Shown: one piece after another, positions 18,396 to 27,517 of the stretch
Position numbering within the stretch: the first letter of the stretch is position 1
Layout of the letters: each line of letters opens with the position of its first letter
Assembly (NCBI GenBank): GCA_021272315.1
Contig: JAJSLI010000108.1
Location: forward strand, 27,322-91,321
Source of the DNA: Candidatus Methylacidiphilales bacterium
Lineage (GTDB): Bacteria > Verrucomicrobiota > Verrucomicrobiia > Methylacidiphilales > UBA1321
Direction of reading: 5' to 3'
DNA length: 64,000 bases
Translations under genes and position numbers: made by a program
The notes under the pieces: model-generated
Seen by the model: only the letters and a program-made list of their open reading frames with translations
The model's database searches: none
What the model was told of the DNA's origin: nothing

Positions 18396-20081
18396 TTACG
18401 AGTCTTTCGCAGCGGCAACCATCCCAACCTTGGCTTTGGGCAAGACACCCGAGAGGCCGGTGAGGTTGCCGGAGAGCTTGCGGGTGTCCTGGATGTTGGC
18501 GAGTTTTTTGCGGAGGGTCTCGAGGCTGAAGGGCTTTGCGAGAATGCCAAGCTTGAGCTGGGCGAACTCCGACATGAAGTCCTGGAAGTGGCTGGGCGGA
18601 AGCCCGCTCATGAGAAGAATCTGGGTGTTCTTGTACTTCGGGTTGTCGACCACGGCGGTGCTGTAGCGACCGATGAACTGGGCGCCGTTCATGCCGGGCA
18701 TGTTGTAATCGACAATGACAACTTCCGGAGGGACATCCGTGGAAAGGAGAGCCTGGAGGGCGACTTCGGGATGGCGGTAGGATTCGGTGCGATGGCCGAG
18801 ATGCACGAGCAGGCTGCAGAGGCCGTCGCGGACGAGGTCATCGTCGTCAATGACGTAAATCAGAAAGTGGGCGTCAGCGGGCATCCGCTGGGACTGCATA
18901 ATAAGGCGTTGGGACCGCCTGAAGATGCGGTGCGTGGAGCGGCGGGCATCGGGATCATTCTTGGCCTTGAGGGAAGCCGCCTTGACATCACCGCGGGGCC
19001 AGACGAGGGAAATGGACGTGCCCATGCCGACGGTGGAGCGGATTTCGACGGTACCGGAGTGCTGGTGGAGAATGCCGCGTACCATGGCGAGACCAAGGCC
19101 GGTGCCTTGTTTCTTGGTGGAAAAAAACGGTTCGAAGATGTGGGCGAGATCGGCCTCGGGGATGCCGGCGCCGTGGTCTCGAACCGTGACGATGGCCATG
19201 CTTTCAGTGCCCTCCCAGATGACGTGAACGGTACCGCCTTCGGGCATCGCTTCACGGGCATTCTTGATCAGATTGAGCAGACAGTGGCTCAAGCTGGAGT
19301 AACAGCCGACGACCATGATGGGGTCGCTCTTTTCCAGGAAATCCTTGCCGAGGGCGATGCGGTAGTTGCAGTTGCCCGCGGCGACCCCGGCGATGCGGGC
19401 GGCATCATGGACGAGATCGACCAGGTTGAAGGGGGTCATGGTGAGAGGCTGGCGCTTGGCGTAGCCGAGAAGACTGCGGGTGAGCGAGGCGCCGGTGGAG
19501 CAGGCGCGGATGATGTTGACGAGGCTGTCGCGCGCATGCTGGGGCATCTCGGGTTGGGCGAGCATCGCCTCGGCGTTGGACTGGATGCCCATGATCAGGT
19601 TGTTAAAATCGTGGGCGACGCCGCTGGCGAGTTCCCCGATGGTCTCGAGTTTCTTCTGGTTGACGTCGCCTTGGGAGTTGTCGAGGAGGCTGACCGAGCT
19701 CTGGAAACAGAAGAAGTACCAGTGTTCCTCCTCCTGGCCGTCCTTGGCAGGGACCAACTGGTAGAAGACCTTGGCAAAATAGTTGGGATCGGGCTTGGAA
19801 GGATGCTGGTACTCGGGGAGGGCCTCTTCGGGGGCGCCACTGACGATCTGGAGGGCTTTGGAGAGATATTCGGCCAGCGGGACGGGCAATTGACTCCATT
19901 CCAGGGACTGCCCGGCGGAGGTGGGACTCTCAATCTCAAAGAGGTCGACGGCGGCGCGGTTCCAGTCGACCAACTCATAGCCTTTGGCGGCGGAAAACCG
20001 TACCAGGAGTTCGATACGCCCCCCTGCTCGATCCAGCAATTCCTGCACCGGCCCCGGGTGTAGTGGAGTAGACACGATCAA
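18396..20081 (-). CDS. Cytoplasmic hybrid histidine kinase (PAS-like, HisKA, HATPase, REC)
   Basis: LASGVAHDFNN, LLNLIKNAREAMPEGG, DHGAGI, FFSTKKQGTGLGL, receiver YVIDDDD..IVDYNMPGMNG; no TM segments. Confidence 0.9.
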   Translation of the reverse strand: MIVSTPLHPGPVQELLDRAGGRIELLVRFSAAKGYELVDWNRAAVDLFEIESPTSAGQSLEWSQLPVPLAEYLSKALQIVSGAPEEALPEYQHPSKPDPNYFAKVFYQLVPAKDGQEEEHWYFFCFQSSVSLLDNSQGDVNQKKLETIGELASGVAHDFNNLIMGIQSNAEAMLAQPEMPQHARDSLVNIIRACSTGASLTRSLLGYAKRQPLTMTPFNLVDLVHDAARIAGVAAGNCNYRIALGKDFLEKSDPIMVVGCYSSLSHCLLNLIKNAREAMPEGGTVHVIWEGTESMAIVTVRDHGAGIPEADLAHIFEPFFSTKKQGTGLGLAMVRGILHQHSGTVEIRSTVGMGTSISLVWPRGDVKAASLKAKNDPDARRSTHRIFRRSQRLIMQSQRMPADAHFLIYVIDDDDLVRDGLCSLLVHLGHRTESYRHPEVALQALLSTDVPPEVVIVDYNMPGMNGAQFIGRYSTAVVDNPKYKNTQILLMSGLPPSHFQDFMSEFAQLKLGILAKPFSLETLRKKLANIQDTRKLSGNLTGLSGVLPKAKVGMVAAAKDS

Positions 20082-20217
20082 AATATTTTAGACCTTTCAG
20101 CAGGAAAGGCGAGTAGATAAAAGCTACCGGCAGGAACGTCCCCCAGAGGGCATTTCATTTTCTTGCGAAAATTTAACTGGATTTTCCGTCGCCCTTCCCT
20201 ATTGCTTACGGTTCCCC

Positions 20218-20928
20218 ATGGCTCAGAAGTCCAAATCCAGCGCGAAGTCGAAAAAAGCGGCCAAGGCAGCCCCCGCGAAAGCAAAGGCGAAAGCCAAAGC
20301 CAAGAAACCAGTCGCGACGAACCATAAGGCCGCCGCAAAAAATTCGGCCAAAACGGCCAAGATCAAACCGTCCACCAACGGGGTGGCGAAGAACCACGAG
20401 CTGGTGCGCCCGCCCGTGCGCCCGCCCGTGCGACTACCCCGCGACGCAAAGACACTGGCCTTTTACGACCGGCAGAAAAAGCGCCTGCTCGAGCTGCGAG
20501 ACCATTTCCTGGACCAGATGCAGAGCGTGGCGCAGGACAGCCTGCGTTCCCGGGCCGAGAATAATGAGGCTTCGGCCGTGGGCCAGCACCAGGCGGACGC
20601 GGGCAGCGATGCCTATGAGAAGGACTTTGCGCTCAGCCTCCTTTCCCAGGAGCAGGACGCGCTTTACGAGATCGAAGAGGCGCTCAAGCGCATCGAGGTG
20701 GGAACCTACGGTATCTGCGAGATGTCAAACAAGGCAATCCCACATGCCAGGCTTGAAGCGATCCCCTTTGCCCGATTTACTGTCGAATGCCAGCAGCAGC
20801 TCGAAAAGGAAAACCGGGGCCGCCGCCGCTGGGATACCGCCCCGCAGTTCATGGATTCCGCTGAAGCCTTCGCCGATGAGGAGGAAGAGCCCGGGGATGA
20901 CGATGATAAGAAGAAAGAAAAGGATTAG
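20218..20928 (+). CDS. dksA: DksA/TraR family protein with Lys/Ala-rich N-terminal tail
   Basis: HQADAGSDAYEKD coiled-coil tip, LYEIEEALKRIEVGTYGICE..IP.ARLEAIPFAR. Confidence 0.88.
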   Translation: MAQKSKSSAKSKKAAKAAPAKAKAKAKAKKPVATNHKAAAKNSAKTAKIKPSTNGVAKNHELVRPPVRPPVRLPRDAKTLAFYDRQKKRLLELRDHFLDQMQSVAQDSLRSRAENNEASAVGQHQADAGSDAYEKDFALSLLSQEQDALYEIEEALKRIEVGTYGICEMSNKAIPHARLEAIPFARFTVECQQQLEKENRGRRRWDTAPQFMDSAEAFADEEEEPGDDDDKKKEKD

Positions 20929-20931
20929 CCT

Positions 20932-21168
20932 ATGCCCCCTGCCGCCAAACCGACCCGGCCCCGCCGCCGGACGCTGCGCTCACTCCCCAAGCGCCGCATC
21001 GATATCAATATGGAAGCCATCGACTTCAAAAACACCGAGATGCTTAAAAAATTTCTTACCGAAAAGGGCCGCATCCTGCCGCGCCGCATCACCGGCATGA
21101 CGGCGAAGATGCACCGCAAGCTGACTCAGGAAATCAAGCGCGCCCGCAACGTGCTGCTCGTCAAATAA
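20932..21168 (+). CDS. rpsR: 30S ribosomal protein S18
   Basis: [38 protein letters not shown]. Confidence 0.95.
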   Translation: MPPAAKPTRPRRRTLRSLPKRRIDINMEAIDFKNTEMLKKFLTEKGRILPRRITGMTAKMHRKLTQEIKRARNVLLVK

Positions 21169-21183
21169 CCGGAGAATCCCATC

Positions 21184-21447
21184 ATGTCCCGACTTTGTGA
21201 AATCACCGGCGCCAAGCCCGTTTTGGGCACGAGTATCCTCCGCAGCGGTAAAGCCAAGAAAAAGGGCGGCATCGGTACCCACGTCACGGCCAACACGCCG
21301 CGGGTGTTCCAGCCGAATCTCAAGGAAAAGCGCATTTTCGTCCCCGAACTGAAGCGGTACATAACGGTCAAGCTGACCGCCCGGGCGCTCAAGACACTGA
21401 CGAAAAACGGCGCCTACTCGACGCTAAAAAAAGCGGGCGTCATCTAG
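21184..21447 (+). CDS. rpmB: 50S ribosomal protein L28
   Basis: MSRLCEITG..KAKKKGGIG..PRVFQPNL..VKLTARALKTL. Confidence 0.93.
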   Translation: MSRLCEITGAKPVLGTSILRSGKAKKKGGIGTHVTANTPRVFQPNLKEKRIFVPELKRYITVKLTARALKTLTKNGAYSTLKKAGVI

Positions 21448-21465
21448 CCTTTCAGGTTGAATACC

Positions 21466-21490
21466 CCGAAGCTTGCTTCGGTTTTCTTCT
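21466..21490 (+). terminator. Intrinsic terminator after rpmB
   Basis: CCGAAG-CTTG-CTTCGG followed by TTTTCTTCT, 18 nt after the rpmB stop. Confidence 0.8.
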
Positions 21491-21705
21491 CAGTTTCAGG
21501 ATGTCTTCCCAATTCCTCCGGAGCTTGCTCCAGGATTCTTTAGTGTGGGGTATATAAGATTTTTTCACCTCACAACACAGGCGAGGTAATTATCCCGCAA
21601 ATTTTGGCCGGCCTGCGAAGTTCGGGCCGAAGCTGAAAATAGAGCCTTCGTTGGCCGGCGCAAAAAAGCATCGGCATTACCGGCGAATACGTTTAAGTTA
21701 CGGTC

Positions 21706-22911
21706 ATGTCCGACGCGCATAAACGCATCATGATCGACGATTTTTTCGACATTATCGTCCAATACAATGCCTCCGATCTTCACATCCAGGAGGGGCAGCC
21801 GCCGAAGATGCGGCTCCATGGCGACATCATTCCGATCCGCCAAGTTTCCCAAATTCACACCGGCAACCTGACCCGCGCGGAAATGGAGCAGATGTTGAGC
21901 GAGGTGGCGGGGCCCAAGCGATGGGAAAAATTCGTGAAGACGGGCGACGCGGACCTGGCCTACGAATTGAGCGCGGACGCGCGATTTCGCTGCAACCTGC
22001 ACAAACACCTTCACGGGCTGGGCGGGATTTTCCGCCTGATTCCGAACAAGATCGCGACGTTGGAGCAATTGAATGTGCCGACGGTGATCAAGCGTTTCGC
22101 CAATGTGAGGGGCGGGTTGGTGCTGGTCACGGGCCCGACCGGCTCGGGCAAATCGACCACGCTGGCGGCGCTGATCGACTACATCAACAGCAGCTACGCG
22201 CGGCACATCATCACGATCGAGGAACCGATCGAGTTCGTCCACAGCAACAAACTGAGCATCATTACGCAGCGCGAAGTGGGCGAGGACACACCGAGTTTCG
22301 CCGACGGCCTGAGGAACGCCATGCGCGAGGACGCCGACGTGGTGCTGGTGGGCGAAATGCGCGACCTGGAAACGATCTCGCTGGCGCTGACGGCGGCGGA
22401 AACGGGCTTGCTTGTCTTCGGCACCCTGCACACGAACAATGCGCGCAAGACGGTGGACCGCATGATCGACGTTTTCCCGAGCAGCCAGCAGCCACAGGTC
22501 CGCACCATGCTGGCCTCCTCCATGCGCGGCATCGTGGCCCAACTTCTGATGAAGAAGGCCGATGGCAAAGGCCGCGTGGCGGTGAACGAGATCCTGATTT
22601 CAAACAGCGCGGTGTCCGCCATCATTCGCGAAGGAAAAGTGGAGCAGCTCGCCGACGTTTTGGTAACGGGCAAAGCAGAAGGCATGCAGTTCATGGATGA
22701 CGCGATCATGACGCTGGTGAAGGACCAGGTTGTCGCGCCCAAGGAGGCCTACATGAAGGCGATCGACAAGGCGCGCTTTGCCCCGTTACTAAAAGAAGAG
22801 GACGCGGAGCATGGAGGCGGTTTGATGGCCAACATTGCCAACAACGGCGGCCAAGCGGTTCCCAAACCGACGATGGCCAGACCTCCGGCCATGCCGAAGA
22901 TCGTCAAATAG
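21706..22911 (+). CDS. pilT: PilT/PilU-family type IV pilus retraction ATPase
   Basis: ASDLHI, VTGPTGSGKSTT, TIEEPIEF, MREDADVVLVGEMRDLET, GTLHT. Confidence 0.9.
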   Translation: MSDAHKRIMIDDFFDIIVQYNASDLHIQEGQPPKMRLHGDIIPIRQVSQIHTGNLTRAEMEQMLSEVAGPKRWEKFVKTGDADLAYELSADARFRCNLHKHLHGLGGIFRLIPNKIATLEQLNVPTVIKRFANVRGGLVLVTGPTGSGKSTTLAALIDYINSSYARHIITIEEPIEFVHSNKLSIITQREVGEDTPSFADGLRNAMREDADVVLVGEMRDLETISLALTAAETGLLVFGTLHTNNARKTVDRMIDVFPSSQQPQVRTMLASSMRGIVAQLLMKKADGKGRVAVNEILISNSAVSAIIREGKVEQLADVLVTGKAEGMQFMDDAIMTLVKDQVVAPKEAYMKAIDKARFAPLLKEEDAEHGGGLMANIANNGGQAVPKPTMARPPAMPKIVK

Positions 22912-23701
22912 CGGGACCTGCATCCACCTGCCGCCAGAGATCAACCCATTCCTGCGGGCTCAGGTGCTCGGCGCGGCGTTGATCCGCCACGGGCAGAAGA
23001 TTCGAGAGTTTTTTGCGCCGCTGCGAAAAGCCACGTTGGACGACTTTCATAAAACTCTCACGCGCGGCGGATGGGACGAGCGGTTGCGCGCGAGGCGTAA
23101 GCTGCACGGCAACCGATTCGACTTCAGGCGGCGGATAAAAGACCGAACCGGGCAGGGTGCGTTCCAAAACGACATTGTAACCAACCTGAACGAAAACGGA
23201 AAGCGCTCCATAGGCTTTGCCGCCCGGCGGGGCAGAGAGGCGCTGGCCGACTTCCTTCTGGAGGAGAAAAAAGAGGCGGGCGGGTTCACCTGGCAGGCGC
23301 AGACATTCCATGACCAACGGCGTGGAGATGTAGTAGGGAAGATTGCCGCAAACGACGGCGGGCGCGGAGTCAAGGCGCGGAAGAAGGTCGAGAGCGTCGC
23401 CTTCGCGAAGGTCAAGTCGGCCGGCGGCGATATCGCCGCCATACCGTTCGCGCAAGAAGGCACAGAGACCGCGGTCCTTTTCGATGGCAATTAGAGGTTC
23501 TTCGCCAACAAGGAGAAATTCGGTGAGCGCGCCGAGACCGGGGCCGATTTCCACGACACGAGCACCGGGCACATGGCCCTCGAGGACTCGCCCGGCAAGC
23601 CACCGGGCAAGGTTTTGGTCGTGGAGAAAATTCTGGCCGAACTGCTTGAGCGGCCGCAGTCCGCGGGAATCGAGCGCCGCGCGGATTTCCTTCAGGGTCA
23701 T
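22904..23701 (-). CDS. rsmA: 16S rRNA (adenine1518/1519-N6)-dimethyltransferase
   Basis: KQFGQNFL, VVEIGPGLGALT, CGNLPYYIST, FYPPPEVES, FSQRRKKL. Start reset to ATG 23701 (MTLKEIR); the ORF-track extension overlaps the upstream gene. Confidence 0.92.
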   Translation of the reverse strand: MTLKEIRAALDSRGLRPLKQFGQNFLHDQNLARWLAGRVLEGHVPGARVVEIGPGLGALTEFLLVGEEPLIAIEKDRGLCAFLRERYGGDIAAGRLDLREGDALDLLPRLDSAPAVVCGNLPYYISTPLVMECLRLPGEPARLFFLLQKEVGQRLSAPPGGKAYGALSVFVQVGYNVVLERTLPGSVFYPPPEVESVAVQLTPRAQPLVPSAARESFMKVVQRGFSQRRKKLSNLLPVADQRRAEHLSPQEWVDLWRQVDAGPAI

Positions 23702-23705
23702 TGGC

Positions 23706-25061
23706 TTAGAACTGTTCGCTGACAATGTCCAAGACATCGGTATTGCTAAGAAAGCCGCGCAACTGCAGGGAGCCCTCCCCACGCGAGGCGAGCCAGGCAG
23801 GCTCTGCGGTGGCAGCCGCCTGGGTCTGGAATCGAAAGGCGGGTTGGGGCTGCAGGAGGCCGTGGGCATTGGTACTGAACAAGCCGTTGTCGTAATGCTC
23901 ACGCATCCAAGCAGCCTGTGCACGCGTGGTGGGCGGCCCACCGGGACCAGCCAACCAGAGCGGGAGAGGCGTGGGAGGCGGAGCGGTCTTCACATCCGGT
24001 GACGGCGCGGCGACCACGTCATCCGGGGTGGGGACGGGCAGCGGACCGACGGAACCGAGGCTGTAGTTGTTGGTGACCATGACGAGGGCGTCGGGCCCGG
24101 CATATTCGACGGCGGACTCGATGGCTTCATCAACCTCGGCGACTTCGTTGACGGCGAGTTTGCCGAGGTTGCGCTCGGAGGCGCGGGCAACGAGGTCGTG
24201 TTCAACGACAAGAAAGTAACTGCCGTAGTTGTGGTTGAGGCACGAGATGGCGGTACGGGTCATTTCGGCCAGCGAGGGCTGACGCGAACGCTCGGGTTGA
24301 AGGGAGTAAAAGTAGAATTGATCGGGAGCGAAAACGCCGAACAGCCTGCCGGTATTCCATGTAAAAACTCCATTAAGTTCATCGCGGCTGCGGACCACCT
24401 TGTAACCACGGCCCTTCGCCTCGTCGAGGAGATTGATGTTGTCGCGCCGGCCCCATTCGTTGGCAGCGTTGGCCGGGATGAAGTATTGCTCGCCGCCGCC
24501 CAGGATGATGTTGATGTTGGAGTAGCGCAACAGGTAGGCGGCATTGCTATAAGGCTCGGGTGTCCCCATGGTGGAGGAGTAAAAGGCAACCGGCGTGGGC
24601 TGAACAAGCGAACTGGTGGTGACGAGGCCGGTGGCGCGCTGGGCCTGCTCCGCGGCATATATGAGGGAGCGGATCGGTTGGTTGCCGCCGATGTAGCCGT
24701 TCTGGACGCGGACGCCGCAGGCGAGCGCGGTGGCGTCCGCGCCTTCATCGGGGACGGGCCGGTCGGAGTCCTGAACGCCAAGGAGGGCGATATTCCAGAA
24801 GGAATCGATGTTGAGGATGCTGCTGCGGTAGGCGGCACGGCGACGCGCATCGCCGATATTGGGGTCATCCGGATCACTGAGCAGGGGGCTGCGGCCAAGC
24901 TGCTGGCGGGCGAGATTAAGCGTGTTGAGGTCGAGGCCGTTGACGACGAAGAGAATGACGGCGTCCTGATGTTTTCGGACAAAGGCGTTGACGTAGAGGT
25001 AGGCAAAGCCCGCAAACAACGCGAGGACAAAGAGGACCGTCAGGACAATGCGCCATTTCAT
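23706..25061 (-). CDS. Membrane-anchored alkaline-phosphatase-fold protein with degenerate active site
   Basis: N-terminal TM (MKWRIVLTVLFVLALFAGFAYLYV, start 25061); AP scaffold motifs DATALACG, ATGLVTT, IILGGGEQYF, PSLAEMTRTAI, YFLVVE; catalytic residues substituted (see findings). Confidence 0.8.
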   Translation of the reverse strand: MKWRIVLTVLFVLALFAGFAYLYVNAFVRKHQDAVILFVVNGLDLNTLNLARQQLGRSPLLSDPDDPNIGDARRRAAYRSSILNIDSFWNIALLGVQDSDRPVPDEGADATALACGVRVQNGYIGGNQPIRSLIYAAEQAQRATGLVTTSSLVQPTPVAFYSSTMGTPEPYSNAAYLLRYSNINIILGGGEQYFIPANAANEWGRRDNINLLDEAKGRGYKVVRSRDELNGVFTWNTGRLFGVFAPDQFYFYSLQPERSRQPSLAEMTRTAISCLNHNYGSYFLVVEHDLVARASERNLGKLAVNEVAEVDEAIESAVEYAGPDALVMVTNNYSLGSVGPLPVPTPDDVVAAPSPDVKTAPPPTPLPLWLAGPGGPPTTRAQAAWMREHYDNGLFSTNAHGLLQPQPAFRFQTQAAATAEPAWLASRGEGSLQLRGFLSNTDVLDIVSEQF

Positions 25062-25146
25062 CTTGGGAACCTGCCAAAGAGTTAACGGGAAACGGCCCGC
25101 CAAGGAAAGGGGGAAGTAAGCGGCAGGTGGCGACGAAGGGAAACGG

Positions 25147-26415
25147 TTATAAACCGCCGTTGTAACGGAAGACCTCTTCGAGAATTTCGCAGGCGCGACC
25201 GGGGCCGTTTTCGGCGCGGATAAGTTCGCCAAGACGCCGGGCAGAGGCGGGCGCATCGCCGGAATGGAGGCGGCGAAGGGCACGACCCATGTGGAGCGCG
25301 GTGTGTTGCTGGCGCAACAGGACTTCAGCGACACCTAAGCCCTCGAGACGGCGGGCGTTGTTGGGCTGGTCGAAGGCAAAAGGGCAGGCCACGGAAGGCA
25401 CACCTGCGCGGAGGGCGTGGGAGAGAGTGCCAACGCCGCATTGATGGATGACGCTACGGGCGCGGGGCATGAGAAGTCCATATGGCGCATAAGGCAGCGA
25501 GAGAATGGTGCCGGACGGGCGTACCGGGCAGTTTGCAGAGAGGCCAACAAGAAAGATGCCGCGCAAGTCGAGCGCGTTCAGCGCTTCAGCGGCGACGGAA
25601 AAAAAGACGCCGGGGTTCTGGACGACAGTTGAACCGAGGGTAACGAGAACCGGGGGCTCTCCCTGGGCGAGAAATTCCTCAACCTCGGGCGACAGCGCGG
25701 TTGTACCGGGTGGATCGTAAAAGCAGAAGCCGGCGTAACGGATCGAGGAGGACCAATCTGGCGGACGGGGCGCGAAGTGTTCGCTGTAGAGCTGGAGATT
25801 GAGGACGCCCGAGTGGGCACCGAAGACGGCATCACGGACGGGGCCGAGGCCATGCCGGGCACGGAAGCGGTTGACAACCGGATCGACCATGACACGGGTG
25901 ATACGTTTGCCCGCCGACCAGACCAGGCGGTTGCGCAGACGGGCAATCAAGCCGTTCCCGGCGCGGCCAAAATTGGGTCCAGGCAGCGAAAAAGCCGAGG
26001 GGACGATGCCGGGGGCGAGGCTGACGGTGACCCAGGGGATGCGGGCCAGTTCCGCCGCGATGGGGGCGGGGAAGGCAAAGTGATGGGCGACCATGACGTC
26101 GTGGGCGCGCGCTTCGGGAAGCAGCGCTTCCATAACGTGATCAAAGCCGGGCGCGATAGCGCGATTGACCAACGTGTGAAGCGAGATGAGACCACCCCAT
26201 TTCATCGACATGACCTCGGGATGGTCGCGGATAAAGGTGTCGCGCGGCGGCTCACCGGTGGAAACAAAGCGGAGCCCGGCGATCCCGGTCTCAACCCTCC
26301 AGTCGGGGTGGCCGACGAGGGTGACCTCGTGACCGCGTGCCATCAGCGCTTGACCGAGCGAGAGGAAGGGATGGAGATCGCCGTGCGATCCCCAGGAAAC
26401 GAGCAGCCAGCGCAT
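25147..26415 (-). CDS. GT1 family (UDP-glycosyltransferase/sterol glucosyltransferase-like) glycosyltransferase
   Basis: MRWLLVSWGSHGDLHPFL (start 26415), VLVTLGS, YAPYGLLMPR, IHQCGVGT, PFAFDQPNNARRL. Confidence 0.9.
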   Translation of the reverse strand: MRWLLVSWGSHGDLHPFLSLGQALMARGHEVTLVGHPDWRVETGIAGLRFVSTGEPPRDTFIRDHPEVMSMKWGGLISLHTLVNRAIAPGFDHVMEALLPEARAHDVMVAHHFAFPAPIAAELARIPWVTVSLAPGIVPSAFSLPGPNFGRAGNGLIARLRNRLVWSAGKRITRVMVDPVVNRFRARHGLGPVRDAVFGAHSGVLNLQLYSEHFAPRPPDWSSSIRYAGFCFYDPPGTTALSPEVEEFLAQGEPPVLVTLGSTVVQNPGVFFSVAAEALNALDLRGIFLVGLSANCPVRPSGTILSLPYAPYGLLMPRARSVIHQCGVGTLSHALRAGVPSVACPFAFDQPNNARRLEGLGVAEVLLRQQHTALHMGRALRRLHSGDAPASARRLGELIRAENGPGRACEILEEVFRYNGGL

Positions 26416-26434
26416 CAAAATGGATCCAGACGCG

Positions 26435-27502
26435 TTAAAGCAACGCCGGTTGCTGCTGAGTGATACAATGGAACGAGCCGAGGCCCCAGATAAGATCGAG
26501 TGCGGGCCAGGCGACGACGCGGCGCGTGGGAAAGAGTTCCTGCAGGATATCGCGGGCCATGGAGTCATTGGGGTGGTTGAAGGAGGGCATGATGACGACT
26601 TCGTTGGCGATGTAAAAATTGGCGTAACTGGCGGGAAGGCGCTGGCCCTCCTTCTCGACACGACCCGGCGTGGGCAGATTGATGATATTCCATGGCTGGC
26701 CTTGTAAATCGCGCATGGCGGCAAGACGCCGGCTGTTCTCACGCAGGAGCTCATAGTTTTCGTCGGCAGGATCGTCCTCGACGACGGTGACAAGCGTGTC
26801 CGCCGAGGTAAAACGGGTAAGGTCGTCGATGTGTCCGTCGGTGTCGTCGCCGACAATCCCCTCCCCGAGCCAGAGAATTTGTTCGACGCCGAGGTAGTCG
26901 CGCAAATAACCCTCGATTTCCTTCTGAGTGAGGTTGGGATTACGGTTCTTGTTAAGCAGGCAGGCCTCCGTCGTGAGGAGCGTGCCTTCACCGTTCACTT
27001 CGATGGAACCACCCTCAAGAATCATGGACGGGGAGAAAAGGCGCAGGCCGAGAAGCTTCGCAACGTGCCGCGGAACGTCATCGTCGAGGTCGCAGGGCGG
27101 ATACTTGCCTCCCCAGGCGTTGTAGCGCCAATCGACGATGGCGAGTTCGCTTTCGTTACGGATGAAAATGGGGCCGTGATCGCGGCACCACGGTTCGTAG
27201 GCGGGGAAAGGATGGAGATGAATGCGCGAATCGACGGGCGCACCGGCCTCATTGAGCGCGGCGCGGACGCCGGTTTCGTGGTCCGGTGAAAAGACGTTGA
27301 TGTGGACGTGTTCGCCTTCGGCGAGGAGTTTCGCCAAGCCGGCCCAGAGAGCGGGGATGGCATCGAAAGCGTCGGGGAAGCTGATGCCCTCTGGCCGCGG
27401 CCAAGTGAGCCAGGTGGCGTCGTGCCGCGCCCATTCGGCGGGCATGCGGAAACCAAGATCGCGGGGCGTAGCGGCGGAGCCGGAAGCAGACGCACTCATC
27501 AT
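26435..27502 (-). CDS. aguA: Agmatine deiminase
   Basis: RMPAEW, WCRDHGP, LEGGSIEVNGEG, DDTDGHIDD, PASYANF, GSFHCITQQQP. Confidence 0.95.
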   Translation of the reverse strand: MMSASASGSAATPRDLGFRMPAEWARHDATWLTWPRPEGISFPDAFDAIPALWAGLAKLLAEGEHVHINVFSPDHETGVRAALNEAGAPVDSRIHLHPFPAYEPWCRDHGPIFIRNESELAIVDWRYNAWGGKYPPCDLDDDVPRHVAKLLGLRLFSPSMILEGGSIEVNGEGTLLTTEACLLNKNRNPNLTQKEIEGYLRDYLGVEQILWLGEGIVGDDTDGHIDDLTRFTSADTLVTVVEDDPADENYELLRENSRRLAAMRDLQGQPWNIINLPTPGRVEKEGQRLPASYANFYIANEVVIMPSFNHPNDSMARDILQELFPTRRVVAWPALDLIWGLGSFHCITQQQPALL

Positions 27503-27517
27503 AATAAAAGATCGATT

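Noticed and set aside
20404-20432. 12-bp tandem repeat in dksA (RPPVRPPV)
   Set aside because: Only about 2.4 copies, in frame, in a disordered linker; unremarkable.
25062-25334. N-terminal extensions given by the ORF track for the AP-like protein (also for GT1, rsmA, hemC, hemD, nusB, rplI, panD and the FAH gene)
   Set aside because: They overlap the neighbouring gene or lack homology; starts were reset to the first plausible codon before the conserved region.
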